A stretch of DNA of 64,000 nucleotides, from the IMG/VR virus record IMGVR_UViG_3300045988_159685, one strand, 5' to 3'. The position numbers were made by a program, and so were the translations under genes. Source of the DNA: a virus. The notes under the pieces were generated by a model that was not told where the DNA came from, ran no database searches, and worked only from the letters and a program-made list of their open reading frames with translations. This document shows positions 63,013-64,000 of this stretch, piece by piece; position 1 is the stretch's first letter; every line of letters starts with the position of its first letter.

Positions 63013-64000
63013 ATGTCAAAGGTATCAAAACTTCCGCCTGTTACGCAGGAAGAGTGGAACAAAGTAAACGACTTTAACAAATTTATATTTGAAGATTTTA
63101 TAACGAACAGCACAGAGCTATCGCCTAAAACAAAAATTGCTTATGAGTCAAATTTAAAAATTTGGTTTATTTGGGTCAAAGATAATCTTAATAACAAATC
63201 TCAGATCGACATTAAACCTTTAGACTTTAAGCGTTTTCAAAACTGGATGGTCAACCGTGGTTGTTCAAGTGCAGATTGTGCAAACAAAAGAGCGGCAATT
63301 AGCTCGCTTAATAATTACATAGATGTTTACTATAGGGACGATTATCCACAATTTCGCAATTTTATTAATAAGAGTATAGCACGACCGCCAAAGGCTTTTG
63401 TAAATGAGAAGCAACCACTGACGAAAGAGGAATTTGCAAATCTTATTTCTGTTCTCGAAAAACGTGGTGATTGGCAAAAGGTTGCCTATCTTAAATTTAC
63501 ATTAGATACAGGATGTCGCCGTGCTGAGAGCATACAAGTGAAAAAGGATTTTGTAAACATCAAGCCGACCATAAAACACAAAACCCATATTGACGAAAAT
63601 GGTAACGAAGTAACAAAAGAGATTAAGTATTATGTTACCCCTACTATTCGTTGTAAAGGAAAGGGTACGGTTGGTAAAGAAAGAAAGTTTAAATTCTCAC
63701 AGGATACAATGGATGCATTTAAGAAGTGGATTGAAGTTAGAGGTGAAGACGATTGCCCAGACATGTTTATTTCTAAATATGCCGGAAAAGTAAAAGGCAT
63801 AGCAGAGAACACGTTAAACAATTGGGCTACTCATGTATTTACACCTATCGTCGGCAGACGCTTTCATCCGCATCTTCTAAGAGAGTCTAAGGCAACTCAG
63901 CTTGCAGTCGAAGAAGGAAAAGACATTTCTGTAATCCAAAGTCTATTAGGCCACGAGTCATCAGAAACTACACAAATTTATATAATCCGTGACGAAACCG
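63013..64000 (+). CDS. int: Tyrosine recombinase / integrase, 3'-partial (runs off window)
   Basis: Open frame from the ATG at 63013 (after AAAGGAG) to the window end. LDTGCRRAES (Arg I), FHPHLLRESKAT (HxxR), LLGHESSETTQIYI (H...Y). Absent from the ORF track because it has no stop. Confidence 0.85.
   Translation, partial: MSKVSKLPPVTQEEWNKVNDFNKFIFEDFITNSTELSPKTKIAYESNLKIWFIWVKDNLNNKSQIDIKPLDFKRFQNWMVNRGCSSADCANKRAAISSLNNYIDVYYRDDYPQFRNFINKSIARPPKAFVNEKQPLTKEEFANLISVLEKRGDWQKVAYLKFTLDTGCRRAESIQVKKDFVNIKPTIKHKTHIDENGNEVTKEIKYYVTPTIRCKGKGTVGKERKFKFSQDTMDAFKKWIEVRGEDDCPDMFISKYAGKVKGIAENTLNNWATHVFTPIVGRRFHPHLLRESKATQLAVEEGKDISVIQSLLGHESSETTQIYIIRDET

Noticed and set aside
62898-63113. 71-aa minus-strand ORF
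   Set aside because: It lies antisense to the tRNA-Met-like gene and to the 5' end of the well-supported integrase ORF that begins at 63013.

Overview
AT-rich tailed-phage or prophage DNA of SPbeta-like, low-GC Firmicutes type, very densely coded. All calls rest on reading the ORF translations and the raw sequence by eye; no searches were run.

Everything from 260 to 55435 is on the minus strand. After a 1.25-kb ORF-free strand-switch region (55436-56684), genes run on the plus strand.

Left arm, in coordinate order:
- an att-like repeat cluster, then a tyrosine integrase and an Xis-like HTH protein
- a nucleotide-metabolism block: dUTPase, NrdG, an NrdD gene split into three exons by two group I introns (one carrying a frameshifted HNH homing endonuclease), 5'-deoxynucleotidase, guanylate-kinase-like, ThyX-like
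- many small unknown ORFs and a 3D-domain wall protein
- two Dam-type methyltransferases, one with a (CT)14 tract inside its 5' coding region
- a replication and recombination block: ERCC4 nuclease, PolIII alpha, Cas4-like nuclease, DnaG primase, DnaB helicase, HD hydrolase, SSB, a free-standing LAGLIDADG endonuclease, Sak/Rad52-like annealase
- a solitary MazF-like toxin and an XRE regulator, with a TnpB-only IS200/IS605-type element inserted beside it
- a four-gene NAD+ module: NadE, NAMPT-like, Prs-like, nicotinamidase
- a 10-kb paralogue-rich accessory region: 8 copies of a small GDKVRIRRxKDLxCE family, two large Cys/His paralogues, an HNH protein, an M20/M28-like peptidase
- a tRNA island: Lys x2, Gln, Leu(UAA), three atypical Glu(CUC)-like genes and two truncated tRNA-like elements, interleaved with a palindrome-regulated HTH gene

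Right arm: a small tyrosine recombinase behind a consensus sigma-A promoter, an AT-rich palindromic region, a YonO-like two-barrel single-subunit RNA polymerase candidate, a metallophosphoesterase, HU, a tRNA-Met-like gene, and a third tyrosine recombinase that runs off the window end.

No CRISPR array and no rRNA were seen.
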